Assembly: GCA_032718475.1 (NCBI GenBank)
Contig: JAUCBJ010008394.1
Location: 101,786-165,785, forward strand
DNA from: Nemertoderma westbladi
Lineage: Eukaryota > Animalia > Xenacoelomorpha
DNA length: 64,000 bases
Direction of reading: 5' to 3'
In this document: piece after piece, positions 1-13,892 of the stretch
How the letters are laid out: the number at the start of each line of letters is the position of its first letter
Numbering within the stretch: position 1 is the stretch's first letter
The notes under the pieces: model-generated
Told to the model about the DNA's origin: nothing
Database searches by the model: none
The model's input: only the letters and a program-made list of their open reading frames with translations
Program-made: the position numbers and the translations under genes

Positions 1-189
1 AAAACCTTCAGATAATGTATCATTCTGACTCATTGTATCATCTATGACAATGGGGGAAAATCAGTGCCAACCATGAGAGAAGTCAAAATAAAACACAGCC
101 AAGATTTCATAGATCATTGAGACCCACTTAGCTGCTATGGTGATCTTCGTGTAACCAGCAGGAAACACTCCATCCAGTGGGTAGATCAG

Positions 190-438
190 TTGCTTTCGCC
201 GTGAGGACCAGCCAGTGCACAATCTTGTACTTTGGCAGCCTCATGGAGCGAATAAGCATGGTGGACAGCCCATGACTTTCTTGAGACGCATCTTAAAGGA
301 CACTGGCCTTGAATATGCGGATGATCTAGCAAATGTCATGGGTGATAGGGAGTTGTGGCGGTGCAATTTTGTCGATAAGCCGGCACAGCATTCTTAAATA
401 TGCAGCTGCAATGCAGCATGCCGATCCTAGTAGTAGTA
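190..438 (+). mobile_element. 5'-truncated RTE-clade LINE, family B (3' end)
   Basis: Encodes ...PVHNLVLWQPHG..HGGQPMTF, ends in (TAG)n; flanked by 11-bp TSD GGGTAGATCAG (179-189 / 439-449); near-identical to copies at 2793, 26197, 44524, 47765 and 63725. Confidence 0.9.
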
Positions 439-449
439 GGGTAGATCAG

Positions 450-770
450 ATCAAGGTGATGCAGCGATATCAAACTGAATACACTAAGCAAGAACCTAGG
501 AGATCTTTTGTTATCATTCTCAGCAACTTGGATGGGTTGGTCTTCATCTGCCATATTTTGGTGGACCCAGCCAACAGGAGCACTTTGGATGCTACTAGTG
601 GAAATTTAAAATGTTTACCTATGAAATCATTAAGATTGGCTCTGATATCAGGGCATACCTTCTTCGAGGTGACCACATTCAAAATGGGCCAATCAAAAGG
701 GCCCCCTGGGCAATTTTCTTAACGTAGACTAGGTAAACCATCACCTTGTTATGTGGAGCCCTCATCGTGA
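450..770 (+). mobile_element. old degenerate RTE-like 3' remnant
   Basis: Decayed similarity to the RTE C-terminus (LDAT..., LRLAL.S, HHLVMWSPH vs HNLVLWQPH). Confidence 0.3.
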
Positions 771-802
771 TCAAAATGATACAACTTCGTAAATATTCAT
801 TC

Positions 803-934
803 TAGAACATGAAAATAATTGAAAAATTGGTTCACCAGTTTGTTGCGAAGGTGAGTTGATTCTATCAGTCTATTGGTTATCTGGTTTCTGGCTTCCTGCA
901 TATCAAGCTGACAGCTGAGTCTGATAGCCTAGTT
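803..934 (+). repeat. 132-bp target-site duplication, left copy
   Basis: Matches 9369-9500 apart from one substitution (cctgcat/cctacat); the two copies exactly bracket the RTE-A insertion. Confidence 0.93.
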
Positions 935-937
935 ACC

Positions 938-2792
938 ATGAAGTACAATGACATTGGAAATGGATGGACGTTAGTAACAAGCTCAGCAGTAAGAAACTCG
1001 GCCAATGCATCAATTGGTGGAGTAGGAATTCTGCTAAGCCCATTTGCACTTAAGACCCTAAACAACATCGAATCTATAAATTCCAGGGTTATGATCGCAA
1101 CATTTGATGGGAATCCCAAGGCAACAGTTATATGTTGCTACAGTCCAACCAATGCCTCAGAGCCAGAACAAGCAGTCAAGTTTTATGAAGATCTGACTGG
1201 ACTTATAAAGGACATTCCGAAACACAATGTTAAAGTCATTGCTGGTGACCTGAATGCCCAAATTGGCCCAGAAGACATCAAGGGTTACACCTATAACACC
1301 AGTTCTAACAGAAATGGGTACTTACTTTTAGACCTAATGGAAGAATGTGAATTGATACCAACAAACAACACATTCGAAAACAGTAAGGGGAAGTTATGGA
1401 CCTTTCAATACCCTAATGGAACCAAAGCACAACTGGATTACATCCTTATAAACAAAAAGTGGAGGAATAGCATGATCAACTGCGAGGCATACAGCTCGTT
1501 CAACCTAATTGGTTCGGACCACAGAATTGTGACTGCAGAGATCAGACTCAGTTTGAGAGCCAGCAAACCCAGGACAAGCAAGCAAAACAAATATGACTGG
1601 GAAAAACTCAGAACTGACAATGCTGTAAAGGATGCTTATACAGTAGAAGTTCAAAACCGCTTTGAAGCACTTCAGTCAATGGATGAAGACCAATCCACCA
1701 ATTCAATATACCAGAATATAATAACAGCCCACAAGGAATCAGCTAAGAGGCATATCCCCCAGAAACCCAAACGAAAACAATATGTGCCATGGCAAAACTC
1801 TGAGGTTACTTGTAAGAGAGAAGATCTTAAGATAGCCTACAAAGTTAAAACCGAACAACCAACAACCGAAAACATGAACAAGGTTGAGAAAGCTAAGGAC
1901 GATCTTAAATTGGCCTACAACATCAGCCAGGAAAAGTACATACAGGATAAAACTGAAGCAATTACAACTGCTCACATACAGCAACAATCAAGACTTACCT
2001 GGCAAACTGTAAATGAGGTATCTGGTCGGAAAAGTTGTGCAAAGGGGCGCCTCAAAGCCGATAGTCCTGAAGAACGTGTTGGGAAGTGGAAAAATCACTT
2101 CAGCAACTTGCTTGGGCAGCCACCAAACATCGAGGTCAGCCCTACAGGGAAAATATATGACAGGACACTACCTATAGAAACAGGGGACTTCACACCTGCC
2201 GAACTCCAAAGAAGCATTAAAAGCATGTCCAATAATAAAGCGAGTGGATTAGATGAAATCCCAGCGGAGGTATGGAAAACCAGAGTGCTAAACAGACCAT
2301 TATTGAATGTTTGCAACCGGATGTTAAAAGGGGAAAAGCCACCACCAATTTGGACTAAAGGTCAACTAAAGCCTCTACCCAAGAAAGGAGACCTCGGCAT
2401 ACCAACAAACTATCGTGGGATCTGTCTGCTTGTGGTAGCTGCCAAAATATACAATAAAATGATTCTATATAGGATTAGGCCTCACATAGAGAAACTACTG
2501 CGTAAGAGCCAAAACGGATTTCGACCAAGTAGATCAACAATAGCTCAGATACTTTCACTACGGAGACTGATTGAAGGAATTAAGTCAAAGAATCTCCCCG
2601 CTGTCATGACTTTTGTGGACTTCAAGAAGGCATTCGACTCCATCCATAGAGGTAAAATGCTTGAAATCCTAAGAGCTTATGGAATACCAGAAGTAATTGT
2701 TGCTGGCATTGGATTGTTATATTGTGACACAGAAGAGCAGGTACTCTCACCAGATGGTGAAACTGAGTTTTTCTCAATCCTGGCTGGCGTAC
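938..2792 (+). pseudogene. RTE APE endonuclease + N-terminal RT (ORF broken by RTE-B insertion)
   Basis: GGVGILL, YSPT, AGDLNAQIG, QLDYIL, GSDHR (APE); NYRGICLL, QNGFRP, FVDFKKAFDSI (RT). ORF residues after ...ILAGVL are read-through into the inserted element. Confidence 0.92.
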
Positions 2793-3740
2793 TACTACTA
2801 CTACTACTACGATCGGCATGCTGCATTGCAGCTGCATTTTTAGGAATGCTTTGCCGGCTTGTCAACAAAATTGCACTGCCACAACTCCCTTATCACCCAT
2901 GACATTTGCTAGATCATCCGCATCTTTAAGGCCTGTGTCCTTTAAGATGCGTCTCAAGAAAGTCATGGGCTGTCCACCATGCTTATTCACTCCATGAGGC
3001 TGCCAAAGTACAAGATTATGCACTGGCTGGTCCTCACGGCGAAAGCAATGTCCTGCAAAGCGGAGGCGATTTTGTTCTAGTGTCAAGCTTGGGGGAACCA
3101 ATGAGACACCTCCAATGTTATATAGTGTCTGGTTGGAGATGTGTGCATTGTACTTGACACAATGAACCCGACGTAGCATTCTTGTGAATGTGCCATCCAG
3201 AGATTTGGAATCCTCAGCAGTTAGAGCCCAGCATGGACTCCCATAGAGGAGTACTGGAACTACTGCTGCTCTAAATAATCGGACCTTAAGTTTCCGATTA
3301 ATTCTCGGTGACTTCCAAATCCTGGAAAGCCTATTCAAGGCTGCCCATGCCTTTCCCTTACGTATTCGAAGGTCCTCACCTGACTTCCGGATCCATGATC
3401 CCAGGTAACAGAAGTCGTGCACATGCTCAAGCATACCATCCTTTGGGCTTATGCTCATCCGATCAGAGACTTACTGAGGACTTTCAAAGTTAACTGTCAT
3501 AATTTTGGTCTTTCTGGAGTTAATAAAAAGACCAACACAAGAAGCAGCATGTTCTAATGAGCTGAGGAGCCGTTGGGCTCCCTCTAATGATTCTGAGAGT
3601 ACTCCTAAGTCATCAGCAAAGTCTAGATCAGTTAGGTACTTGGCAGGATTTCCTCGACTTCTGGAGCCAGTAGGTGGAGTTATCATCACCCTATCCCTAA
3701 GGGATAAATATCCCATCACCCTAAGGACATGCGTAGAACA
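2793..3740 (-). mobile_element. 5'-truncated RTE LINE family B inserted antisense in RTE-A
   Basis: Minus ORFs 3471-3719 (DLDFADDL) and 2862-3458 (FCYLGS, LLYGS, RLRFAGH); (CTA)n tail at ~2790-2810; TSD GGCTGGCGTAC at 2782-2792 / 3741-3751. Confidence 0.9.
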
Positions 3741-4088
3741 GGCTGGCGTACCATTACTATTTGTAATTGTGCTGGATTACGCAATGAGGACGGCCACAAA
3801 GGGTACCTTTACTGTAGATTGTCATGATAAATTTCTAACTGAAAGAATGCTTTATGGTTTTTCCCAGATCCAAATTTTGCATAATTGCAAATGCACTGAG
3901 ATATATATCTTATGGGATACTGAATACTCAAGAGATTAAGAGCGGAAAACATTATAGAAGTGAGATATAAAAGATGATTGAAAAATTAAATAATTTTTCA
4001 ACCTTTGCATTATAAGAAATTTCCAGATTCAAAAATTTTCTTGCGAAAAATTTGTTAAAAAGAAAAAGATAGAAAATAGTTATTATTA

Positions 4089-7000
4089 TCACGACCCAGA
4101 AAGAAGATTGATTTTTACTTGTTTTTTGAAATGCACCTTATTACTGCTATCGCGGATATCTCTCGAGAGGGAATTCCAGAGAAGAGGGCCCTGCATTGAA
4201 AGAGACTGATGCCGGACTTCCGTGTGCGTACTGGGTAAATGAAAAAGACCAGCGGAGGCAGAGCGAGTATTGTATGTGTGAACAGATGATGCTTTAGTGA
4301 ATAAGTGAGAAAGAGGATGGGAAGGATTGTGGTAAATTTCATACATTAGTAAGAGGACCTGATATTTATACAGACGATCTAGTGGTAAAATGCGTAGCTG
4401 CTGATAAATAGAAAAAGATGAGGACTGATAGTGGCTGAAGGTAATACATCGGACAATTTTATTGAGTTTGGTTTTGAGGGGACGAGTAATAAGATTTGAA
4501 TGTATTTCCCCATACTATCAACCCGTAAAAAATATAGGGGTAGTCTACGTATAGAATAGAGTTTGCATTATATGAGCTGGGACAATATGGCGTAGTTTAT
4601 AGAATAATCCTCCACTCTTGGATATTTTTTTCAAGATATGGCTGATGTGTTCCCTATATGATAAATTGGAATCTATTAATATACCTAGATATTTAGATGT
4701 TGTTGTGGATCTAATTGTTTTGTTATTAATGATTATAGGTGGTGGCGGTATTTCTGACTTTGATTTTGAGAATATTGTATATTCAGTCTTGTCAGTATTT
4801 AAAGTTAGTTTGTTTTCAGTTAGCCATTCGGATAACAGTTTGAGTTCAGAATTCATATAGTCGATTAGTGGAGAGATATTTCGATTGTTGCACATCAGTG
4901 AAGTGTCATCGGCAAATAAGGTTACTAATAGGGATGTGCAGTTTGGGAGGTCATTGATGTACAGTAGAAATAAAATCGGCCCGAGGACCGAACCCTGCGG
5001 GATACCACAGATTATAGACCTAGAAGATGATAAAACATTATCTACTGAAACGAATTGATGTCTATTACTTAGATAACTAGAAATGAGTGCTAGAGGACTT
5101 CCGCGGATACCATATATTGGGAGCTTCTTTAATAGAATCGAATGGTCGAGGGTATCAAACGCCTTTTTTAGGTCTAGATACAGTACAGTCGCAAGTCGGT
5201 GGTCATCAAGGGCTTCCCTAAGGGACTCTACGATATTTATAATGGCAAAAGACGTTGTATATTTTTTACGAAAACCAAACTGGTTAGGTGAAATAATTTT
5301 GAATTTTTCTAGATAAGATATCAGTTGCGTGTAAATGATGCTTTCAAATACTTTGTGAAATATCGGGAGTAAAGATATAGGTCGGTAATTAGTGGTAGCT
5401 AGAGGATCTCCTCCTTTAAACACTGGAATTATTTTTGCAATTTTTAGAGACGTTGGAAAATGTCCATGGCGAATACTTAGATTTATTAAATTAGCTAGAT
5501 GTGTCGAGATTATTGGGGCAGCGATTTTCACCAAGTAAATAGGAAATTCGTCATTAGAAGAGGTATCGTCCTTCAATAGTAGTAGATTGTAATGGATTTC
5601 TACTGGGGTAGTCTCAGATAACAGAAATGAGTTTGCTTTGGAATGGCGGATATGCCGAGTTGGACAACGAGCGGATGAAGGCAGTGCAGAAGCTAATTTA
5701 GAACCGATAGTAGAGAAAAACTCGTTGAATTGGTTTGCAATATCTTTAGGGTTAGTGAGCGAGATCACGTTACCATTATTGTTAATGTTTAGGCGCTTGG
5801 GAATATAATGTTTATTATTACGATGTAATAAAGAATTTATAGTTCCCCAGGTCTTTTTAATATTATTCGAATTTTTGGCAAACTCAGATTCATAGAAATT
5901 TTTTTTAGCTGCCCGCAACAAACTAGTTAGCTTGTTGCGGTACGACTTATAAGTATTATGGTTCACAGAAGTTGGGTTTGTCATGTATAAGCCGTATAAT
6001 TTGTTTTTCTTATGAATTCCTAAAATTAGACCAGAAGTAAGCCACGGCTTTTTTGCAACAAATTTTTTATGTAACTCTTTGCGAGGTAAATTATGTTTGC
6101 AAATATTTGTAAAATTTTCATAAAAATTATCAAATTTATTTTCATCTTGAACCGTACTTGAAGAGTATTCCCACGACTGAAATTCGAGGTCGTGGATAAA
6201 TTTTTCCTTGCTAAATTGTTTATAGTCAAACACGTACTTCTTTTCGGCAGGTCTAAAATAAGTGGAATAGTTGTCCAATACTATGAATGTTGGTAAATGG
6301 TCCGTGGAGCCCACTTCGCACAAAAAAACCCCAGGTGAGCATATAGCAGAATGAATATTAGTAATTACATGGTCCAACAGGGTCGCCGAGTGGGGTGTTA
6401 TTCGGGTAGCTTGGGAAATCGTCTGCGTAAATCCATTTGAAGTTACGTTATTTAAATAATTTTATACTTGAAGTTTATTGGGGCTCAAAACATCAACATT
6501 ATAGTCACCCGTTAAAATTACATCATAATTATTACTAGCCAATTTAGCAAGGTGGTCATTAAAAGTGGATTGAAACTGGTCCAAATTAACACTCTGGGTA
6601 CGGTATACACAGCCAATAATTAAAGGCTTATTAGGGTGATTGCGAGTAATTTCAACCCAGGTGTTTTCAGGGCCGGGAAAGTGTAGGTCCGGTCTAATGG
6701 TACCTTCAAGTTCATTACGTATGTATATGGCAGTACCGCCTCTGTCAAGCTTACCGTAAGTTCTATAATCACAAATGGGTTTCTTGTAACCTTCAATGCA
6801 AATGGCATCTAGATCATGATCTTTTGTCAAAAAAGTTTCAGAGAAAGTTAAAATGTCAAACTTCGATGACAAAGAGTGTAGAAAATCCGTGATAACAGAA
6901 AAATTTGACGTAATACTCCTACAATTGAGATGAAACACGGAAAAGCCATTATGACAGTCATCAAATTTCTGGCTAAATTTTGTTTCGTTAAACTATTCAT

Positions 7001-7337
7001 CTGTAATAATATTTGAAACGAGATTTCCATCAGGGTTTATGGAATTAAACATATTATCAGTAGGGTCAGTATCCAGACTCATAAGATCTTCCATATCGCA
7101 GCCAAATATATCCTTATCATTATTGTCAACAGAATTAAAGGGAAACAAATTTAAGTAGCAAAAATTACACCAATGATTCGCGTCTTTTTGGATCCCATTA
7201 GCAAAGTCTGTTGGATCCAGGAAGGAGCCACATTGTCTATGAAATTGGAATGTACATAGGCAACAAAAAAAGGACTGATCAGTCCATTCAAATTTAGTAT
7301 AGCATAATCCACAGCATACGTCAACATCGGTCAACAT
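4089..7337 (-). pseudogene. LINE ORF2: PHD finger + APE + RT, two in-frame stops and one frameshift
   Basis: C4HC3-like CGLC..CCLC..FHRQC..WCNFC; FHLNCRS, SETF, RGGTAIY, GDYN, TDHLP; YRPISLL, QFGFR, LDLKKAFD, GIPQGSVLGP, LFADDT, KYLG. Stops at ~6993 and ~6462 are in frame with the next segment; frameshift at ~4545 (YPYIFYGLIVWG continues in another frame). Confidence 0.92.
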
Positions 7338-8064
7338 CGTGATACTACTCTGTTCGAACGGGAGTAGTAATTTATTTTTGTTTATTTAAGTTAATTTAAA
7401 TTCTTTAAATATTAAGGTGGTGATTTTTGTATACGGAAGATAAATAAGTAATCCTTCCCAATCGAACAGAGGTGTAATGGCTATAAGTATACCTCGAAAT
7501 AATCGAGATAGTGAAGTGAAAGACGGTGAAGTACATAATGTTAATAGTGATAATGTTAATTCATATTAACAAAGGAAAAATGAGAATGATATAACAACCG
7601 TTTCTTTACTTGTGCGGTTTATTATTTAGAAATGTTAATTAGTTTCATATATAAATGAAATACCATAAAACCAATGGGTGAAATGTTTAAGGAAAACAAG
7701 TGGAATAAAGGAGTAATGAGTACCTCAACCACCCAGCTAAATAAAATTCTGGGACTAAAAAGTCTGCGCTTAGGTTACAATCTCAGTTTACGCTGCCTAC
7801 TGTATGTATAACTTCTGCCTGATATGAGTCGGAGGTTGTTAATTATGTTATAATGTATGTTTATATGTATGAATGTATGTTTAAACTCAACTAGTTGATG
7901 GAGACCGGTTCACTTCCGGACTTTCATGACTACTGGAAGGATTCCGGTTAGTCGAGTGAACTGTCGACGGGACTGAGGGCGACTTTAACGAGGATGGAGT
8001 GGAATCTGATTGCGTAATCCCTTTCACATCGGTGTCCGAGGTAATGGGGATTGGGTTCGATCCT

Positions 8065-8361
8065 TCAGCACAATGCACAAAAATATAATAATAATAAAAA
8101 TATAATAATACGAATTCCGTGATTCTCTTTACGAATTTCAATGTTTTCTGCCTCCAGATCCGCTAGCCTTCTAAATGTACCCACGACATCAGACCGGATA
8201 TCTTTGATTTCGTTTATTAGCTCATCTTGTCCAGTTTGAAGTGTGTCCAGACGCGCTATAATTTCTTCCCCAACTTTTCCCCACGCAGTAGCTCCTGGCA
8301 TATTGATATAACCAAACGAAGAGAATGTTCCGGAAAGAGAACTGATGGATCGGGTCGCCAT
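8065..8361 (-). pseudogene. LINE ORF1 remnant (coiled coil)
   Basis: Heptad-like LDTLQTGQDELINEIKDIR...RLADLEAENIEIRKEN upstream of ORF2 on the same strand. Confidence 0.55.
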
Positions 8362-9368
8362 GGACGCCCTTTATTGATTGAGGTACCGGTAGCGAACGGG
8401 ACACGACAGACTTTCCAAAGTCCAAAGTCGGGGCAGTCGGCCTAGTTGTTTACACTTGAACGGGTTACCGAGGCGCCACTAATAGTTTCTAGTTGGTCGT
8501 TCCCATAAAATAATATTTATTACAGTTATTTATTACAATATTACTGTATTATTTATACAGCCATTACAATTACAGCATTGAATAAGTCCAACATTCAGGC
8601 AGTCAGCACTTTACATTTGCAGGCAGTAATAGGCCTAACCAGCTACCGGCAGACCGGTAGCAGAAAATTCTTTCCCTACTCCATACATTTACTATCTGAT
8701 CAATCTGATCAATCGTAATCGATAGTAAGAGTTAGTAGTAGAGTTAGTTGACAAACTTGACAACCATTGATAATAATCAACTAAGGAAGGTCGATGACTT
8801 CCAGTACCTTGGATCATGGATAGAGAGTAGCAAAAAGGACATAGAAGTTAGGAAAGCAAAGGCTTGGGTAGCTCTATCAAAAATGGATACCATCTGGAAA
8901 TCAGATCTCTCCAGGCACCTGAAGACTAAGTTCTTTCAAGCCACAGTGGAAAGTGTATTTTTATATGGGGGTGAAACCTGGACACTGACTAAATCACTTG
9001 AACAACAAATTGATGGTTGCTACACAAGACTACTAAGGGCAGCCCTAAACATCAGCTGGAGACAACACATGACAAACGCCGAGCTTTATGGTACAATACC
9101 ACCTGTATCAACCACCCTCCGTGAACGCAGATTAAGATTCAGTGGGCAATGCTGGCGAAGTAAAGACGAGGTCATACCAGATCTACTTTTCTGGCAACCA
9201 ACTCATGGAAAGCGTAGTCGTGGACGACCAGCCATAACATATATAGATTAACTTGAAAGGGATACTGAACTCCGGAGAAACGCAATTGCGACAACTATGG
9301 AGAATCGGGAAGCCTGGAAGGATCTCATTTCCACTGTCTGAGTTCGCTCGACCTAGTAGTAGTAGTAG

Positions 9369-9500
9369 TAGAACATGAAAATAATTGAAAAATTGGTTCA
9401 CCAGTTTGTTGCGAAGGTGAGTTGATTCTATCAGTCTATTGGTTATCTGGTTTCTGGCTTCCTACATATCAAGCTGACAGCTGAGTCTGATAGCCTAGTT
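9369..9500 (+). repeat. 132-bp target-site duplication, right copy
   Basis: Starts within the last TAG of the RTE-A tail; matches 803-934. Confidence 0.93.
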
Positions 9501-12500
9501 GGCAAAGCAGGGAAAGAGCTTCCCTTTCCCTCCATTGCTAATAAAACAGTTTATTTGTCAAATGGGGGAGGGGGAGGGGGGTTATTTGTCAAATGGGGGA
9601 GGGGGAGGGGGGTAAAGTACACTTGTTTGACATCAAATATAAAGGGGCCCTGGATTTTCCATAAATATGTTGCCCTGGGCCACTTTTTCCACTCGATGGG
9701 CCTGTCAAGAAGTATGACTGGCTTTTACGAGGTCAGGAGTATAAAGGATATCAGATATCTGGTAGTTTTAAATGGGGGACTGGACTTCAAGCCACATAAG
9801 TTCAAGAATTTCATGAAGATGTACAACCTATATGAAAATATAGTGGTGGCAAATTAACTCCACAAGACACCCAATATGATGAGATGTTGACTGTGACTGG
9901 AAGATCCACACCCACTGGGACAAGAGCAACCACCATAACTATATCTATATGCCATGGAGTCATAACTTCTTAACAAACTAGGCAGTTATGACTGGCTGCC
10001 TTCCATGAATACGAGTTGAATAATGTTCTTGATCATGCATTCCAAGCTGTCATTAATACCCTGCTGGAGGAATCATGTAATTAACTTTTGAAGTCTAAAT
10101 GGACCTTCCAATATTCCAACAATGGTAGAGACTCTCGTCTTTGATGGTCTGGAGATCTTATTACTCCTAGCAGTCTACTACTTATGCCTACCTCAAAACA
10201 TCAACTTGAACTTGAAGCATTAGAGAGGCAGTCAAAGTAAATGGTGATGACTGAACCTGAAAAGGATTCAGGACCTATGAATACATTGGTTCGTCTCAAG
10301 GTCGGATGATGCTGTAAGATCCGAAATTATTTATTTGAAGAATATATTCTTAGGAAAACAGATTGAGTTGGAAGCCCTGGGTGTCTGTTTTCAAAGACAA
10401 CAGACAGAGAAGTAAATGCTACCCTAAAATCCGAGATGGTAGACTGCAAGAAAATGAAACCACCCACCAACACCAATTGCTACAAGTAACAGGTATACCA
10501 AGTGAAGCTAAGTATTCCCTGAGGCATCTAGGAAAGTTAAGCCCATTGTACAGTCAGGTAATAATAGAACACGGCCCCAACAGACTTTGAATCACTTTCA
10601 TTCTGAATATGAAAGGGATATAATATAGCTATAACAGGTGCGAAGCTTCTCTCAAATAAAGGGTCACGAAGTTAAATAATTTAGTTAAGGAAATATAAAT
10701 AGCGCAGAACAGATCACCATACTTGTCATAGGACACCTTAATGTTGGGGTGACCTTCTTGGAATGCATTGTAAACTTTTATTATTATGAACCAACTCAGC
10801 ATATATCACTTATTTGGCATATGCTCGTACCTGTAATGAGAGATTTGAGGGTTGAATGACTCAATAATATGTTCTTGTATGGGGGTCTCATCTATCTTAT
10901 TGCTAGGGTCATGATGACTTTGTGAGTCGTGGTATGGTTCAGCAGATGCAATTAGTCCGCACATGTAATATAATCTTCAATACTTGATTATTTGTTGACT
11001 TACGACAATGAGATGTTAGCAAATAGAGTCAAATTACCACAGTTCTTGTACCTTTCCATTCTGTCCTGCCATGTGCGAGCTCTTTTCTTTTTAGCAGGTT
11101 TACTTCTCTTTTTGTTTTACCTTTGCACGGACATCATCAGCATCGATGGACGATCCACTGGTATTTCCAGACGAGTCATCATTTTTCATTGATGACTACT
11201 CTATAGGTTAATCCTAATCCAAATCAGCTGGGTCTCTATTCTGGATGGAGTAGAAATTACCTTAAAATTTTCTTCAGTGGACAATGATATTCAATATGAA
11301 AACATTCTCCACTGGTTCCTCTATTTCGTCGGGTTCCTGCTCCTCTGGGGAACCAAAACTTTCCCAATGTCTATTGGTTCCCCTGGTATGTCATTATCAG
11401 GATGAACGAACATGAATCAAATCCATGAAACCTTCCAGTATCCAACATCAGTATAGTGCAAAATCACAAATTAGACAGTAAAATTTTAACTTTTACAAAA
11501 ATCTGAGAATTAAAAACATAGGGTGTTCAGCCACATGCTTCTGTTTTAAAATTACCGCTACTTTCTTAAAGGATTACCTTACATTAAAACTAAGTCTAGC
11601 ACGCTATTTCTTGATTGGTGCTAATTTTGTTGAATATATGTATTGTGTGTTGACTTAAAATCTTTTATGGCAAAACACCTTATCCTTAGGCACAATGTGT
11701 TCAAACCACCTCTGTTGCCTAAATATAAGATAAGGTGATGTTCCATCCAGTGGTAGGCTTGAGGTTCCCCTATGGGGTGATAGGAAATCGAAAAAAGCCA
11801 CTTTGTTTCAAAGAAGCTTCCAAATTCTGTTTCAAAGTTACTTCCTCCTATTTAATATGAAATAAGAGGTTATAAGAGAAGTGGATTAGTCTAATAAAAA
11901 AAATTTAAATTTTCGACAATGGGTGTTTTGCCTTAGGAAGGCAGAACAGTGATATGATGGGAACAACACCTACCCCCACTATATTTAGTATCATCTACCA
12001 GATGGTTGGTGTTTTGAATTCTCGTTTTCATGGTAATGGGTTGCTATGGTTGTTACTGCAAGAACAAATGCACCTACAGTCATTTAAACAAGTAATAAAA
12101 CATATTTCCAAGGCCCATAGGCCTTGAACTTCCCCAGGAGCCTGTAGTAATAGCTTCTCAGTGTAGTTGTTTCTAACTTATCATAGTCCCATTTCTCTGA
12201 ATCCATTAAAATGGAATGATAGCAATCTCATTAGCTGATCCTAAAGTGGTGTGGTACATCCCACAAGGATGTCACCTGGCAAGTGACTTGTATGGTATGT
12301 ATATTTATGTATATAAATATACATAACATATACATCATCTTCATTGACATCTTGGGATAATCAAAGATCTGAAGGTCCAGCTTCCACATTTTGTTTAGAG
12401 TTACCAGTACTAGTAAATAAATCTGCCATGAACTTCTGCTGTGAATTTTCATGGCAATTGACTATTATGCTATATTGGCTATATGAGTAAAATCTCAGTG

Positions 12501-13892
12501 TCTTGTATATTCTGTATGCGTATTTGGTACAGCAGTATGACAATATCACTCAATAGTGTCACACCACATAATGGCCAATCACTGTATTAATTTTATAATA
12601 TAACAAGCTGGCAAGTCTAGAGGGTTCACAGTCATACTTATATCAGAACAATAATAACAATATTGTCAGACAATGCTGATATTGTTATATTACTGTATTA
12701 CTGTCACCTGGGGTCTGTCTACTACGGTGGATGTACTTCACATTATACCAGTATACTGTACGTACACTCTGATGACTAATGCTGTAATGAAATTTATTGC
12801 TAACACAAACAGTAAACAATGTCAATTGTAAATCTACCAGTGTATACTGATATAGGCTACCATCAACTTTATTCCACTACTTCTACAAAATTAAATTTCC
12901 CACTGTAATGCTAATTGATTACTCCAATTAATCTTCAATTAGGTCACCATGTAGGTCCAAGTAGGTCACCACCATGTAGTCCAAATAGATAAATAGACTC
13001 CATTGAATGTATTAGAAATAATTCAGGTACCTACATGTGCCAAATATCAGAAATGTGATTGTGTTCCATATTACAAGATTGATTTTTCATAAACTGTCCA
13101 AAAATACTGCTAAAATGGCGCTTGCATTGCACATATACCATCTCGACACCCAAGTATCTGTATAAGGCATCACCACGCCTATATCTAACGCTTGTCCAAA
13201 TTTCGTTTCGATTGATTCTTACATAACGGAGATGTCGTGCTAGACAGACACACACATAGACAGAGTAAGGTAATAATGGTCACTGGTGTCAACAACTAAG
13301 ACCTTGAACCAATATGTGGCAAGCCTAGATATTATTTTAGTATGTGATTTAATATGCCATATTACCATAGTAGCCAGGATATTGTATGGGGGAGGGGGTG
13401 GATGGAGATAAAACAATGCATAATATCTGTAGTGTGTACTGTAGTGTGTTATCGGTACCAGTACTGGTACCGGTATCTCTACTTCTGGGTCACATATGAT
13501 GGAAAATAAAAATGCAAGATGCAATCAAAAGTGTTCTCAAAGAATTGAATTAGGATGGATGCATCTCAGGCATAACAGCGAGTTTAAACAATTTTGTTCT
13601 CTAAAATGAGGTGGAATTGGCCATCTTGATGAACCTAAGGCTACTAAGCTTGGTGAAATATTAGCCAAAGGTACAGTTTGTTGGTGGTGTCTGTAGTCAA
13701 GGAGCGCTGAATGACTTTGATATCGAGTTGAAAGATTTTCAAGTTAAGATGAGTATGCTATTGACTCAGGTGGACCTACACAGGAGTTTATGCTCCTTGC
13801 TTTGTGAGAAATTAAGGATCTGCCAATTTTCCAAAAAGAAGAGATGGCGAAATCATTACCCTTTGACTATAACAGTAAGTAATTCGGGCAAC

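Larger units (their letters stand above)
3805..8750 (-). mobile_element. near full-length CR1-group LINE (L2/Crack/Daphne-like), boundaries approximate
   Basis: Coiled-coil ORF1 remnant, then PHD-APE-RT ORF2; occupies the gap between two parts of the RTE-A RT. Confidence 0.85.
935..9371 (+). mobile_element. RTE-clade LINE family A, slightly 5'-truncated, interrupted by two nested LINEs
   Basis: APE-RT ORF from 938; RT resumes at 3752-3804 and 8753-9250; (TAG)n tail ends at 9371; 132-bp TSD. Confidence 0.92.

Noticed and set aside
9500-13300. coding-like decayed stretches, possibly further TE remnants
   Set aside because: No motif I can assign with confidence by eye.
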